A stretch of DNA of 64,000 bases from an uncultured Verrucomicrobiota bacterium (GCA_964617825.1 CAZTWL010000004.1:71546-135545), one strand, 5' to 3'. Shown: positions 20,350 to 32,153, counted from the stretch's first letter. Made by a program: numbers and translations. Notes: generated by a model from the sequence alone, not told the origin.

Positions 20350-22098
20350 ATGACGACAAACACAAATATCGACCAGTTTTTGGCGGCGCGCGATTTCCTG
20401 TTGCGTGCCAAATCCTACGACGAAGCCCGCGCCGGATTTCGCTGGCCCGACCTGATCCACTTCAACTGGGCGCTCGATTATTTCGACCGCATGGCGCTGA
20501 ACAATGCCAAGACCGCTTTGATAATTGTCGATGAAAACGGCCTGGAAATCAAGAAGTCATTCGATGACCTGCGCCGGCGCTCGAACCAGGCCGCCAATTT
20601 TTTCAAAGATCAGGGTATCGAAAAAGAAGACTGCATCCTACTGATGATGACAAATTCAGCTGAGCTTCTGGAAACCATGCTGGCCGCCATCAAAATCGGG
20701 GCCGTTATTACTCCCGCATCCACCCTGCTGACGGCCGCGGATATCGAGGACCGCATCCGGCGCGGGCAGGTTAAATGCATTGTCGCCGATGCCGCCATGG
20801 CGGATCGGATCGAGTCCGTCGGCGACATTCTCAAAACCGTGCGCCTGAAAGTGGCGCTGGGCGGCGAACCCCGTCATGGTTGGACATCCTATGCCGCGGT
20901 GGGCGACTATGCGGACACATTCACGACATCCCTGCCGACGTATTCGACCGATCCTTGCCTGCTGTACTTCACCTCGGGCACGACCAGTCACCCCAAGATG
21001 GTCATGCACACGCACGTGAGCTATCCGGTCGGCCACCTGGTGACCATGTTCTGGATCGGGATCAAGGAATCAGATATCCACTACAACATCAGCGCCCCGG
21101 GATGGGGCAAGCACGCCTGGAGCAGTCTTTTCTCGCCATGGAACGCCGGAGCGACAATCTTCATTTATCGTTATGAGCGCTTCAACGCCCGCCAGGCGCT
21201 GGAATATATCTCGCGCTATAAGATCACCACACTCTGCGCGCCCCCCACCGTTTGGCGCCGGTTCCTGATCGAGGATCTTAAGCCTTATAAATTTTCACTT
21301 CGTGAAATCGTAAGTGCCGGCGAGCCTTTAAATCCTGAAATCATCGATAAAATACGGCAAGCCACCGACATTACCATTCGCGAAGGATATGGCCAGACAG
21401 AAACGGTTCTGCAGATCGGCACCTTCCCGGGGATGCCGGTAAAGTCCGGGGCCATGGGCAAAGCGGCTCCGGGCTTCAATGCCCAGGTAGTAAATTCGAC
21501 CCTGATGCCGCAGCCTGTCGGACAGGAGGGCCAACTGGCTCTGCGTATTTGTCCGGAGCGCCCCATGGGCCTGATGAAAGGCTATCACGGTGATCACGCC
21601 ATGGAGGACGATGTTTTCATGGGCGGATGGTATCTTTCCGGCGACGTCGCCAAGCTCGACAAGGACGGCTATTTCTGGTTTGTCGGCCGCCACGATGATG
21701 TTTTCAAATCTTCGGATTATCGGATCAGCCCCTTTGAAATCGAAAGCGAGTTGTTGACGCATCCGGCCGTGGCGGAAGCGGCCGTGGTAGCCAGCAGCGA
21801 TCCGGAGCGCGGACTGGTGCCCAAAGCATTTATTGCATTGCGCCCCGGCTACCAAGCTTCGCCGGATCTGGCCCTGGATGTCTTTCGCTTCTGCCGGCGC
21901 ACGATGGCGCCTTACAAGCGCCCCAGGCGCCTGGAATTCATGGAAGACCTGCTGAAGACCATCAGCGGCAAGATCAAGCGCGCCGAATTGCGCCGTTACG
22001 ACGACGCCATGCAGCGCAAGAAGAAAAAAGCGCCGCTGGAGTTCTATGAAAGCGACTTTGATGACATCCTGAAAAAGCACCCCCACCCGCAGAACTGA
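20350..22098 (+). CDS. AMP-forming acyl-CoA synthetase (ANL superfamily, medium-chain type)
   Basis: 582 aa with the AMP-binding motif YFTSGTTSHPKMVMHTH, GYGQTET and an A10 lysine (SGKIKR). The substrate is unknown. Confidence 0.8.
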   Translation: MTTNTNIDQFLAARDFLLRAKSYDEARAGFRWPDLIHFNWALDYFDRMALNNAKTALIIVDENGLEIKKSFDDLRRRSNQAANFFKDQGIEKEDCILLMMTNSAELLETMLAAIKIGAVITPASTLLTAADIEDRIRRGQVKCIVADAAMADRIESVGDILKTVRLKVALGGEPRHGWTSYAAVGDYADTFTTSLPTYSTDPCLLYFTSGTTSHPKMVMHTHVSYPVGHLVTMFWIGIKESDIHYNISAPGWGKHAWSSLFSPWNAGATIFIYRYERFNARQALEYISRYKITTLCAPPTVWRRFLIEDLKPYKFSLREIVSAGEPLNPEIIDKIRQATDITIREGYGQTETVLQIGTFPGMPVKSGAMGKAAPGFNAQVVNSTLMPQPVGQEGQLALRICPERPMGLMKGYHGDHAMEDDVFMGGWYLSGDVAKLDKDGYFWFVGRHDDVFKSSDYRISPFEIESELLTHPAVAEAAVVASSDPERGLVPKAFIALRPGYQASPDLALDVFRFCRRTMAPYKRPRRLEFMEDLLKTISGKIKRAELRRYDDAMQRKKKKAPLEFYESDFDDILKKHPHPQN

Positions 22099-22114
22099 CC
22101 GGCAAGGGCGTTCT

Positions 22115-23464
22115 TCAACCGATTTCGCGCTGTACGCTGGCTGCCAGCGATTCGGCCAGCCGCTGGGTCACGGCCGCATCGATGCATTCCACCATCACCC
22201 GGCAAATGGCCTGTGTGCCGGAGTACCGCACCAGTACGCGCCCGGAATCGCCCATTTCCTGTTCGGCCTTCCTGATTTCCGCCTGCAAAGACGCGAGGGA
22301 CTCAATCGGCGGCTTGCGCGTCACATTCACGTTGATCAGGCGCTGCGGAGCAATCTTCATGATCGCCGCCAGTTCGGAAAGCGGCTGGCCGGAATCCTGC
22401 ATGATGGCCAAGATCTGAAGCGCCGAGATGATGCCGTCACCCGTGGTGTGATGATTGAGAAAGATGATGTGCCCGGACTGTTCGCCGCCCAGAACGGCGC
22501 CGCGTTCCCGCATCATTTTAAGCACATACCGGTCGCCGACATCGCCAACGGCCGTTTGAATGCCAAGCTGGCGCATGGCCGCATAATAGCCAAAATTACT
22601 CATCGGAGTGCTGATCACCAGATTGTTGCTCAACAGTCCGTTAGCTTTCATGAACTTGGCGCAGATTGTCAGAATGTGGTCGCCGGTCAGCGCACAGCCA
22701 TGCTCGTCAATCGCAATCAGCCGGTCTCCGTCACCGTCGAAAGCCAATCCCGCGTGGGCGCCGGTTTTGGCAACCGCCGCCATGAGCGCCTCGGGAAACA
22801 TGGCGCCGCAATGATCATTGATGTTCATGCCGTTGGGATGATCGTTAATCGTAATCACCTCCGCACCCAGCTCGGAAAAAATAATCGGGGCCACTTTATA
22901 TGTGGCGCCGTTGGCGCAATCGATCACGAGTTTCATTCCGCTCAATGTCAAATTGTCCGGAAAAGTGTTTTTACAAAACACGATGTAACGCCCTATCGCA
23001 TCATCGATACGGAATGCCTTGCCGATTTCACCGGCCGTCGGACGAATATCCTTGATACGCTCGGTGGTTACCAGGCTTTCGATATCATCCTCGACCGTGT
23101 CGGGCAGCTTGAACCCGTCGCGCGAGAATATTTTGATGCCATTATCCTGATAAGGATTATGGGAAGCCGAAATGACCATGCCCGCATCGGCGCGCATGCT
23201 GTGAGTGATAAAGGCAATACCGGGCGTCGGCATGGGACCGACAAGGAGCACATCCACGCCCATCGAGCAAATCCCCGCCGTCAAGGCCGTCTCGATCATG
23301 TAACCACTGACGCGCGTATCCTTGCCGATGACAATGCGGTGCCGGTCTTTATGGCGCTTGCAGATGTGCGCCGTGGCCCGTCCAATAAGCAAGGCCGTTT
23401 CAGCGGTCATGGGTTCCATATTGGCCACCCCGCGCACCCCGTCGGTTCCAAACAATCGCCCCAT
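22115..23464 (-). CDS. glmM: phosphoglucosamine mutase
   Basis: 449 aa. It opens MGRLFGTDGVRGVAN, has the active-site Ser loop SASHNPYQDNGIKIF, and is colinear with GlmM. Confidence 0.9.
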   Translation of the reverse strand: MGRLFGTDGVRGVANMEPMTAETALLIGRATAHICKRHKDRHRIVIGKDTRVSGYMIETALTAGICSMGVDVLLVGPMPTPGIAFITHSMRADAGMVISASHNPYQDNGIKIFSRDGFKLPDTVEDDIESLVTTERIKDIRPTAGEIGKAFRIDDAIGRYIVFCKNTFPDNLTLSGMKLVIDCANGATYKVAPIIFSELGAEVITINDHPNGMNINDHCGAMFPEALMAAVAKTGAHAGLAFDGDGDRLIAIDEHGCALTGDHILTICAKFMKANGLLSNNLVISTPMSNFGYYAAMRQLGIQTAVGDVGDRYVLKMMRERGAVLGGEQSGHIIFLNHHTTGDGIISALQILAIMQDSGQPLSELAAIMKIAPQRLINVNVTRKPPIESLASLQAEIRKAEQEMGDSGRVLVRYSGTQAICRVMVECIDAAVTQRLAESLAASVQREIG

Positions 23465-23570
23465 AAATCAACCTCCGTCTTAATTTAACAATTCAATGAT
23501 TCAGCAACTTGGTTTTTTGCGCGATTAATCCCCTGCACTCTGCAAACAGTCTTTAAAAAACAACGAATCG

Positions 23571-24827
23571 CTAGTTTTGTTTCCCCGGCCAAAGCGAGGC
23601 GGCGGCATCCACCAGCGATTGCAGCCAGGCCGTTCCGGCGGCGCGCGCCGCGGGGCTTAATGACTTCAAGGCCTCAAGATAGCTCGTTCCGGACGGGATG
23701 CGCCCCAACGCATTCAGCAGACTGGCGCGTTCCAGGGCCTTGCCTTCCGCCTGATCCAAATCGTCCAATGCCGCGCGCATCATCGGCCAGTTTGCGATCA
23801 AGGCCTGTTGATGTCGATAATGCTCCGAGGAAAGGTCCTGTCGATCGGCCCGGGCCATTTCCAAAGACGCCGGCATTTTCCCGACAAATTCATCGAAGCG
23901 CTTGAGACGTTCCCGTTTCACGCTCGCCAATCGCGCGCAAGCGCCCGCCAGGCAAGCCGACTGGAACGGGTCGGCCCGCATGAAAAGCGTGCGGACATCC
24001 CTGTACCAGGCACACAGCGCAATGATATTACCCATGTAGATCAAGTTGTTCGCCACGATCCGCTGGATTGCGCGGTAGGCTCCCATGCGATACGGCACAA
24101 TTGCCGTTGCGTGTGTGACTTTGAGCGCCGTCATCGGCGCAGTCCGCGCCAGGCAAAGCCCGCCCTGCAGGACATCCTTGCGCAAAATTGTGCCCGCGGC
24201 AACCACCGTCCCAAAAGCCACCCGCGTTGGCCCCACCAGCCCCCCCTGGCCACCCAAAAAAATTGGCGGTTGATCCAGCATGACGCCGCGGGGTACGTCG
24301 CCGACAAGCGAGGCCGTGGCCTTATCCTGATGCGGCGTATAGTTGAAATGGATGTAGCTGGAGCCCACTTCGCTGTGATTGCGGCGACTCGTGCCGCCGG
24401 CCATCAGGCAATCACAAAAATTTATCAGGCTGCCCAAGACCACATATGGCAACAAAACAGTCTGCTTGAGTCCCACCGTATGGGCGCCGCAAGCTTCTTC
24501 CTCCAACAGTGTGCCGGCGCGCACATGCGCCCCACTGGCCATGGAAGCTCCGTTCAAAAACGTGGCTTCACGAAAGGCGCCTCCCTGAAGCTTAACGCGC
24601 TCGCCAAGCTGGCAATCGACCAGCGTGACTGGGGCTTCCGCTCCCAGTTCGCATCCCGGTCCGACGGACGTTGTCTTCCCCATGAGACGCACTCCCGGAT
24701 GGAGCGTGACGCCCGGGGCAATGTTTTCCAGAATCACATCGTCATCGATAAACACCATTTGCGGATGCGGCAGCTTAACTCCGCGCGAGATCAGTCGGCA
24801 GGCTATATCCTGAATTTTTCCATCCAT
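23571..24827 (-). CDS. left-handed beta-helix (hexapeptide-repeat) protein, putative acyltransferase, with a C-terminal helical domain
   Basis: The start was chosen at MDGKIQD (GGGAGG upstream). There are ~270 aa of imperfect hexapeptide repeats, then a ~150-aa helical tail. The gene lies immediately upstream of glmM. Confidence 0.5.
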   Translation of the reverse strand: MDGKIQDIACRLISRGVKLPHPQMVFIDDDVILENIAPGVTLHPGVRLMGKTTSVGPGCELGAEAPVTLVDCQLGERVKLQGGAFREATFLNGASMASGAHVRAGTLLEEEACGAHTVGLKQTVLLPYVVLGSLINFCDCLMAGGTSRRNHSEVGSSYIHFNYTPHQDKATASLVGDVPRGVMLDQPPIFLGGQGGLVGPTRVAFGTVVAAGTILRKDVLQGGLCLARTAPMTALKVTHATAIVPYRMGAYRAIQRIVANNLIYMGNIIALCAWYRDVRTLFMRADPFQSACLAGACARLASVKRERLKRFDEFVGKMPASLEMARADRQDLSSEHYRHQQALIANWPMMRAALDDLDQAEGKALERASLLNALGRIPSGTSYLEALKSLSPAARAAGTAWLQSLVDAAASLWPGKQN

Positions 24828-24917
24828 TTGCAATTGCCTCCCTGTTTGCATCGTAAAGGGTCGCCTGTTGAGCATGCAAGACGAAAAATGGATAATTTTT
24901 ATATTTTTACTGGTTGA

Positions 24918-26000
<1,083 letters not shown>

Positions 26001-26017
26001 CCCGCGCTCTGCGCAGG

Positions 26018-26938
26018 TTGATCGAACGGCAAGTGTCTGCTGCGCGGGGCGCCTATCATCCCATACGCCGACAAGGCGTCTCGTTTTATTTCGTCGCCGA
26101 AACTGTCTGGAGTTTTGGCGTGAGGCGTAATTTTTATATTCTAATACTGGCCGGCATTCTGATTGTCGTTTTATTTAATCTGCCCGCCGCCACAACCACC
26201 CGCATGAGCAACTTCATGCGCGATGCGCTTCTGCCATTATCAAGACCGCTGAATCGTTTGCTGGCGTCCGGACGCGGTGTGTTCCAGGACGGACAGCAGA
26301 ACGCGAACAATGTCAACCTACTGGCCGAGATCGCCCAGCTGCGCCTGGAATTGCGCCAGGCCAAGGTGCTCGAAAGGGAAAACCGCGACTTGCGTCAGAT
26401 GCTGGGACTTTCGGCGCACGTCGGACGGCGCCTGATTGCCGCCGAAATTGTTGTTCGGGACATTAACGCCTGGTGGCAATCGGCGCGCCTGAACAAGGGC
26501 ACAACCGACGGCATCGCCGAGGATATGGCCGTCATCACGCCCGACGGCCTGGCCGGACGGATCATCCGTAGTTCCATGACCACAAGCGACGTCCTCTTTA
26601 TCGTTGACCCGGCATCGCGGATCTCTGCCCGACTTGTCCGTGCAGATGCCTTTGGCATTGTCCAAGGACAAGGGATATCATGGCGCGGGCAGGCTTCCTG
26701 CCGGATGGACTTCATCGACAAAGCCACGCAGATCGTTCCGGGCGATGTCGTGGTTACATCTGGACTGGGAGGCATTTACCCGTCAGGGCTGGTGATCGGC
26801 CACGTCAGCCAGGTGCACCCGGACCCATCGGGATTATACCAGTCGGCCAACATCGTGCCGGCCTCCAATTTTCGGTCATTGGATCTGATGTTTGTGATGA
26901 GCAATGACTCAAGCATTCGGCCGCCAGCGGACGACTGA
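26018..26938 (+). CDS. mreC: rod shape-determining protein MreC
   Basis: An N-terminal TM segment (ILILAGILIVVLF), a coiled-coil (LRLELRQAKVLERENRDLRQ) and a C-terminal beta domain are present. The gene follows mreB. The start is uncertain: TTG at 26018 or GTG near 26120. Confidence 0.75.
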   Translation: MIERQVSAARGAYHPIRRQGVSFYFVAETVWSFGVRRNFYILILAGILIVVLFNLPAATTTRMSNFMRDALLPLSRPLNRLLASGRGVFQDGQQNANNVNLLAEIAQLRLELRQAKVLERENRDLRQMLGLSAHVGRRLIAAEIVVRDINAWWQSARLNKGTTDGIAEDMAVITPDGLAGRIIRSSMTTSDVLFIVDPASRISARLVRADAFGIVQGQGISWRGQASCRMDFIDKATQIVPGDVVVTSGLGGIYPSGLVIGHVSQVHPDPSGLYQSANIVPASNFRSLDLMFVMSNDSSIRPPADD

Positions 26939-27000
26939 CGGCCAGGCCGGATGTAAAACGTTAATAAGAAAGAAGCGTAACAAAGAACCAAGCACGCGCC

Positions 27001-27516
27001 ATGATAAATTTTGTCATTATGTTCTTGGCCATCTTAGTCGGCGCTGTGACGCAGCAGGTATTCCCGGGATTGCCATTGCTGGGCCAAGCCAAGGCGCCGC
27101 TGGTGTTGAGCGTCGTGCTTTACTACGCTCTCCACCGCTCGCTCGCGCTGCTGCTGACGGCTGGCATTTGCGGCGGACTGCTCTGCGACAGTATTGAAAA
27201 CCTGCCCATGGGTTACTCCTCCGCTATCTTTTGCCTGCTGGGAATCGCCGCCTGGTTTTACCGCGACATGTTCTTCAGCGCCCGGGGCGTAACACATATG
27301 GTGTTCGGACTTCTCTCCGGACTGGGACTTACCCTCGGCCTTTATGGCCTTTTGATATGCAGCGACGAAAGCCTGCGTGAAGCCGCTCCTGTATGGATCG
27401 CGCTCAAGACCATCGGCACCGCGTTGCTCGGAATGGTTCTGGCTCCGGTAGTGTTTGCCGTCTTGGAACTACTCGACCGGTTGACCGGCAATATTACTGT
27501 GGAATATTCGGCATGA
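27001..27516 (+). CDS. mreD: rod shape-determining protein MreD
   Basis: 171 aa, polytopic membrane protein lying between mreC and the PBP2 gene. Confidence 0.7.
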   Translation: MINFVIMFLAILVGAVTQQVFPGLPLLGQAKAPLVLSVVLYYALHRSLALLLTAGICGGLLCDSIENLPMGYSSAIFCLLGIAAWFYRDMFFSARGVTHMVFGLLSGLGLTLGLYGLLICSDESLREAAPVWIALKTIGTALLGMVLAPVVFAVLELLDRLTGNITVEYSA

Positions 27517-29345
27517 GTCAGGACCTGACAACACACGAAATAATCCGCTTGCGCTGGCTGCAGATCGTCATCCTGGCGGCTCTTGGTATTCTGGTGATTG
27601 CGCTCTGGCGGATCCAGGTGGGACAGGGCGAGCGGTACGCGAGCAACCTGGAAAAACAATCCGTTCGCCGCGTTCGCACCCCAGGCGTACGCGGGAAAAT
27701 CTACGATCGCCAAGGCGCCTGTCTGGCCGATAATGCCCCAAATTACGGCATTGCCATTTACCTTGAGGAACTTCGTAATGCCATGCAGAGCAGCGCGGGC
27801 AAGCAGGCGGGTAAACGGCGCAACACCGCCAGGGATATTTGGGCCATGATCCAGCAGATTGCCGCCATTATTGGGCAGCCGCCCCAGATCGATCAAGCCA
27901 AGATTGCCGACCATCTCTATAGCCGCAAAGCCCTGCCGCTGGTGGCATGGCGGCGCGTGGACGAACGGACCATGGCCCGCCTGGCGGAAGCCGGCGCGCG
28001 CCTGCCGGGAGTGGATATTTTGGTTGATGCCGACAGGGTTTATCCCCAGGGCGCCACCCTCGCCCATTTGCTGGGATACGTGGGTGCGGCCGATATCCAG
28101 AACGAAGAAGACGAGCTTTACCATTATTATCTTCCCGACCTGGCCGGCAAAAACGGCCTTGAAAAGAAATTCGACGATCTTCTGACCGGCAAAGCCGGCG
28201 GCCGGCTGGTCCAGGTGGATGTAACCGGTTTCAAACATGACGAAACAATCATGCGCAAACCGGTGCCCGGCGGTGACTTGAAACTCACCATCGACCTGCG
28301 CATCCAGAAGGCTGCGGAACAGATTATCGCCGATACGGTTGGCGCCGTAGTCGTTGTGGACCCGCGCAATGGCGACATCCTGGCCATGGTCAGCACACCG
28401 GATTTCGATCCCAACCTGTTCTGTCCCAAAATCACAACGGAAAACTGGAATCGCCTGGTGCATGACTCTCGCAAGCCGCTCTTTAACCGCACCATAAACG
28501 GCCTTTACGCGCCGGGCAGCATCTTCAAACCGCTGGTGGCCCTGGCCGCCCTCGGACAGGGTATTGACGTCAACTGGACACTGGATTGCCCCGGTTATTT
28601 CGCTTTAGGCAATCAAAAGTTCGACTGTTATATGGGCGAGGCGCATGGAACCCTTGATTTGCGCCGGGCCATTCGAGTTTCCTGCAACGTTTATTTTTAT
28701 CAATTGGGCCTGAAGTGCGGGTACGACGCACTGTATAATATGGCGCAGGCCGCAGGCTTTGGCCAGAAAACCGGCATCAGCCTCGATGGCGAAAGCGCCG
28801 GTCTCTTGCCGAGCAAGTCTTGGAAGCGAATGACTTTTCGCGAATCTTGGCGCGATGGCGACACCTGTAATATTTCCGTCGGGCAGGGCGCGCTCCAGGT
28901 TACCCCTTTGCAAATGGCCATGCTGACGGCAACCATCGCCAACGGCGGCTGCCTTTATCAGCCGCACCTGATCATGGCCGAACGCCAGGCAAACGCCACG
29001 GAATTTCAGGAAGTTCCGGCGGTCGTCGTCCGCCATATGAACTGGCCCGCAGACCATTTGAACCTGGTTAAAAACGGTATGCGCGATGTCATCCAGGACG
29101 ATGAAGGTACCGGACGCCTGGCCAGACTGGATGATGTCATCATGGCCGGCAAAACCGGCACGGCCGAATACGGACGCAAAAGCGCCGGGCAGAAACACGG
29201 CTGGATGATTCTTTTCGCCCCGTTCGAACAGCCGCGCTACGCCGTGGCCATCGTGATGGATGACGCCGTTAGCGGCGGTATTTCGGTCGGCCCGCGCATG
29301 CGCCAGTTGATGCGCGAAATTTTTGACGGAGAAGGAAACGGATGA
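27513..29345 (+). CDS. mrdA: penicillin-binding protein 2 (peptidoglycan D,D-transpeptidase MrdA)
   Basis: The start at MSQDLTT overlaps the mreD stop (ATGA). It has a TM anchor, the SxxK site (GSIFKP), SCN (SCNVYF) and KTG (KTGTAE). Confidence 0.9.
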   Translation: MSQDLTTHEIIRLRWLQIVILAALGILVIALWRIQVGQGERYASNLEKQSVRRVRTPGVRGKIYDRQGACLADNAPNYGIAIYLEELRNAMQSSAGKQAGKRRNTARDIWAMIQQIAAIIGQPPQIDQAKIADHLYSRKALPLVAWRRVDERTMARLAEAGARLPGVDILVDADRVYPQGATLAHLLGYVGAADIQNEEDELYHYYLPDLAGKNGLEKKFDDLLTGKAGGRLVQVDVTGFKHDETIMRKPVPGGDLKLTIDLRIQKAAEQIIADTVGAVVVVDPRNGDILAMVSTPDFDPNLFCPKITTENWNRLVHDSRKPLFNRTINGLYAPGSIFKPLVALAALGQGIDVNWTLDCPGYFALGNQKFDCYMGEAHGTLDLRRAIRVSCNVYFYQLGLKCGYDALYNMAQAAGFGQKTGISLDGESAGLLPSKSWKRMTFRESWRDGDTCNISVGQGALQVTPLQMAMLTATIANGGCLYQPHLIMAERQANATEFQEVPAVVVRHMNWPADHLNLVKNGMRDVIQDDEGTGRLARLDDVIMAGKTGTAEYGRKSAGQKHGWMILFAPFEQPRYAVAIVMDDAVSGGISVGPRMRQLMREIFDGEGNG

Positions 29346-30529
29346 ATTTGCCAAACACATTGCGCCCGTTGCGCAGGTTGAACTTGAGCTTGGTGGCAGC
29401 CATGCTGGCGCTCTTGGGCATCGGGATCGCCTTCATTTTCAGCGCGGGCTACGGCAACCCCGATTCGCCTGCTCATCCGTTGTTCCTTAAACAGATTTGC
29501 TGGGCTTCGCTTGGCATGATTTTTTTTCTGGGTTTTGCTTTAATTGACTATCATTGCTGGACACGCATGGCCTGGTGGATTTATGCCCTCGGCCTGATCC
29601 TGCTTGTTCTGGTATTCGTGCCGCATGTTGGCCTCAAAATTTACGGCGCACGGCGCTGGCTTCAGCTGGCCGGGTTGCGCATTCTCCAGCCGGCAGAACT
29701 AATGAAACTGGCGATCGTCATCCTCATGGCCAGATTATTCGGCTGGCCGGGAAGGAATCTGCGCCGATGGCGCTTAGTGCTCATCGGCATAGCACTCGTA
29801 TTGATTCCCATGGTGTTGATCGTCAAACAACCTGACCTGGGATCGGCGTTGATCCTGCCGCCCATTCTGGCAGCAGTCATGTGGACGACGGGCATATCCG
29901 GACGACGTCTGGCCGCTTTGGCCGGACTGGGCATTATGCTGGCCGGCACGGTTCTGGCGCTGATCATCGTCCCGCCCAAGATGGGCATGGATGAACACCT
30001 CCACGAACAGCTGCTTCGCCGGATCGGCATTTCCCCTTACCAGCGCGACCGTGTTGCCGTTTTCCTGGACCGCAACCGCGACCCGTTGGGCGCAGGCTGG
30101 AACAAGGCCCAGTCCCAGATCGCGGTGGGGTCCGGACGGCTCACCGGCAAAGGCTATCTTCAGGGAACGCAAAACCTGCTTGGTTTTCTGCCGCGTACCG
30201 TGGCGCCAAACGACTTCATTTTTTCGGTCATTGCCGAGGAAAAAGGATTTATTGGCGGGGCCGTCACGCTCGCATTGTTTGGCGCCCTGCTGTTCGCCGG
30301 TTTGCGCGCGGCGGAATCGGCCGCCGACAAAATTGGGCGCTTGTTGTGTGTGGGTATTGTAACCATGCTCTTCTGCCATGTCTTCGTCAACATTGCGATG
30401 ACAATCGGCCTATTGCCGATTACCGGGATACCACTCCCGTTGATCAGTTATGGCGGAACGTTCATGATCGGCACAATGACGGCCCTGGGCATTGTGCAAA
30501 GCGTTTATATCCGGGGAGAATGGAGATAA
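29342..30529 (+). CDS. rodA: peptidoglycan glycosyltransferase RodA (SEDS family)
   Basis: 395 aa polytopic membrane protein of the FtsW/RodA family (GYLQGTQ...FLP). It overlaps mrdA by 4 nt. Confidence 0.9.
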   Translation: MNLPNTLRPLRRLNLSLVAAMLALLGIGIAFIFSAGYGNPDSPAHPLFLKQICWASLGMIFFLGFALIDYHCWTRMAWWIYALGLILLVLVFVPHVGLKIYGARRWLQLAGLRILQPAELMKLAIVILMARLFGWPGRNLRRWRLVLIGIALVLIPMVLIVKQPDLGSALILPPILAAVMWTTGISGRRLAALAGLGIMLAGTVLALIIVPPKMGMDEHLHEQLLRRIGISPYQRDRVAVFLDRNRDPLGAGWNKAQSQIAVGSGRLTGKGYLQGTQNLLGFLPRTVAPNDFIFSVIAEEKGFIGGAVTLALFGALLFAGLRAAESAADKIGRLLCVGIVTMLFCHVFVNIAMTIGLLPITGIPLPLISYGGTFMIGTMTALGIVQSVYIRGEWR

Positions 30530-30539
30530 CAGCGAGGTT

Positions 30540-32153
30540 ATGAAAGGATTTAATTTGATGTCAGTATTCCGGCGGAAAAAAAACAGCGATCAAAAGCAAA
30601 TCATTATCAGCGCGGAAAGTCTGCAAACGCGCGTAGCCGTACTCGAAAGGGGCAAGCTCGAGGATTTCAAGATCGAGCATCCCTCCGAGGAACGGATTGT
30701 CGGCAGCATTTTCAAGGGCGTTGTCCAGAACCTGGAGGACGGCTTGCAAGCCGCCTTCGTGGATATCGGCATGCGCAAGAACGCCTTTATCCATTACTGG
30801 GATATGTTTCCGGAGGATGTCTCGCGCCTGGAAGCCATGGAAGGCGTGGCCTCCCGGTCAATGCCCCGGAGGCGTCAGTTCACCAAGGAGGACATTTCCA
30901 AGCACTTCCCGGTAGGCTCGGAAATCTGCGTCCAGGTTTCCAAGGGCCCGATCAGCACCAAGGGCCCGCGCGTCACGGCCAGCCTGAGTATTCCCAGCCG
31001 TTATTTCGTATTGATGCCCGGCAGTAAATTGCGCGGTATTTCGCGCAAAATCGAGGACGACAAGGAGCGCAAACGCCTGAAAAAAGTGCTCAGCCGCCTT
31101 CCAGTACCGGAGGGCTGCGGCCTCATAATCCGCACAGCCGGATCCGGGGCTGCAAGTACAAGCTTCGTCCGCGACATGCGTTCGCTTCTGGCCACCTGGC
31201 AGGATATCCAGAAGGCCTCCAACGAAAAACGCGCCCCCTGCTGTCTGTACCAGGAACCCGACCTCGTGGAACGAATTGTGCGCGACTCGGTCACGGAGGA
31301 CCTTGATAGCATTATCATCGATTCCAAGGATGAATACACCCGCATCAAGGATATCCTGGCTCGCATTTCGCGGCATGTGCACGCCCGGGTCAAGCTTTAC
31401 GAAGGCGCCCGGCCGATCTTCGAACAATTCGACGTCGCCCGCCAGATTGACGAAGCCTTCCGCCGCAAGGTCACGCTGAAATCGGGTGGCTGCCTCATCT
31501 TCGATGAAACCGAAGCGCTGATTGCCATCGACGTCAACACGGGACAGCACAAGGGCACAACCAACCAGGACGACACGATTCTCCAAGTCAACCTGGAAGC
31601 GGTGCAGGAAATTGCCCGTCATCTGCGCCTGCGGAATATCGGGGGGCTGATCGTGCTGGACTTGATCGACATGCGCCATAAAAAACATCGCAATCAGGTC
31701 TATTTGGCGCTTAAGGAGGCGCTCCAACGCGACAAGGCGCGCACGAACGTCCTGCCGATTTCGTCCATGGGCCTTTTGGAAATGACTCGCCAGCGGGTGG
31801 CGGAAAGCATCGAATCCACGCTTTACGTTGACTGTCCCTATTGCCACGGGCGCGGAAGCGTTAAATCACCACTCAGCATGAGCGTGGAAATTCAACGCCG
31901 GATCATATCCATTTTGCGCAAATACCAGATCGACAAAAAGGAAATACCCGAACTGCGCATTACGGTCAATCCGACTATCCTCAAGCGACTGCGTGAGGAA
32001 GACGAGGCCCTTTTGATGGATATGCAACAGAAATTCGACGGCCGACTTAGCTTCCGGGCAAATCCCGCTCAGCATATGGAGGAAGTCTCTATTGTCAATG
32101 CCGCTACCAATGAGGAACTGTACGCCAACCTGCCTCACGGCAAAACGACCTGA
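30540..32153 (+). CDS. rng: ribonuclease E/G family endoribonuclease (RNase G-like)
   Basis: It has an S1 domain, the DNase I-like core (LIAIDVNTG) and a Zn-link (CPYCHGRG). The ATG at 30540 is preceded by GAGG. Confidence 0.85.
   Translation: MKGFNLMSVFRRKKNSDQKQIIISAESLQTRVAVLERGKLEDFKIEHPSEERIVGSIFKGVVQNLEDGLQAAFVDIGMRKNAFIHYWDMFPEDVSRLEAMEGVASRSMPRRRQFTKEDISKHFPVGSEICVQVSKGPISTKGPRVTASLSIPSRYFVLMPGSKLRGISRKIEDDKERKRLKKVLSRLPVPEGCGLIIRTAGSGAASTSFVRDMRSLLATWQDIQKASNEKRAPCCLYQEPDLVERIVRDSVTEDLDSIIIDSKDEYTRIKDILARISRHVHARVKLYEGARPIFEQFDVARQIDEAFRRKVTLKSGGCLIFDETEALIAIDVNTGQHKGTTNQDDTILQVNLEAVQEIARHLRLRNIGGLIVLDLIDMRHKKHRNQVYLALKEALQRDKARTNVLPISSMGLLEMTRQRVAESIESTLYVDCPYCHGRGSVKSPLSMSVEIQRRIISILRKYQIDKKEIPELRITVNPTILKRLREEDEALLMDMQQKFDGRLSFRANPAQHMEEVSIVNAATNEELYANLPHGKTT

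Noticed and set aside
22448-23488. 346-aa + strand ORF covering most of glmM
   Set aside because: It is an antisense shadow of glmM.
23808-24917. 369-aa + strand ORF opposite the LbH gene
   Set aside because: It is an antisense shadow. It is Arg/His-rich with low complexity, which is typical of a reverse frame of GC-rich coding sequence.
27342-28463. 373-aa minus ORF spanning mreD and mrdA
   Set aside because: It is antisense to two conserved genes of the mre operon.
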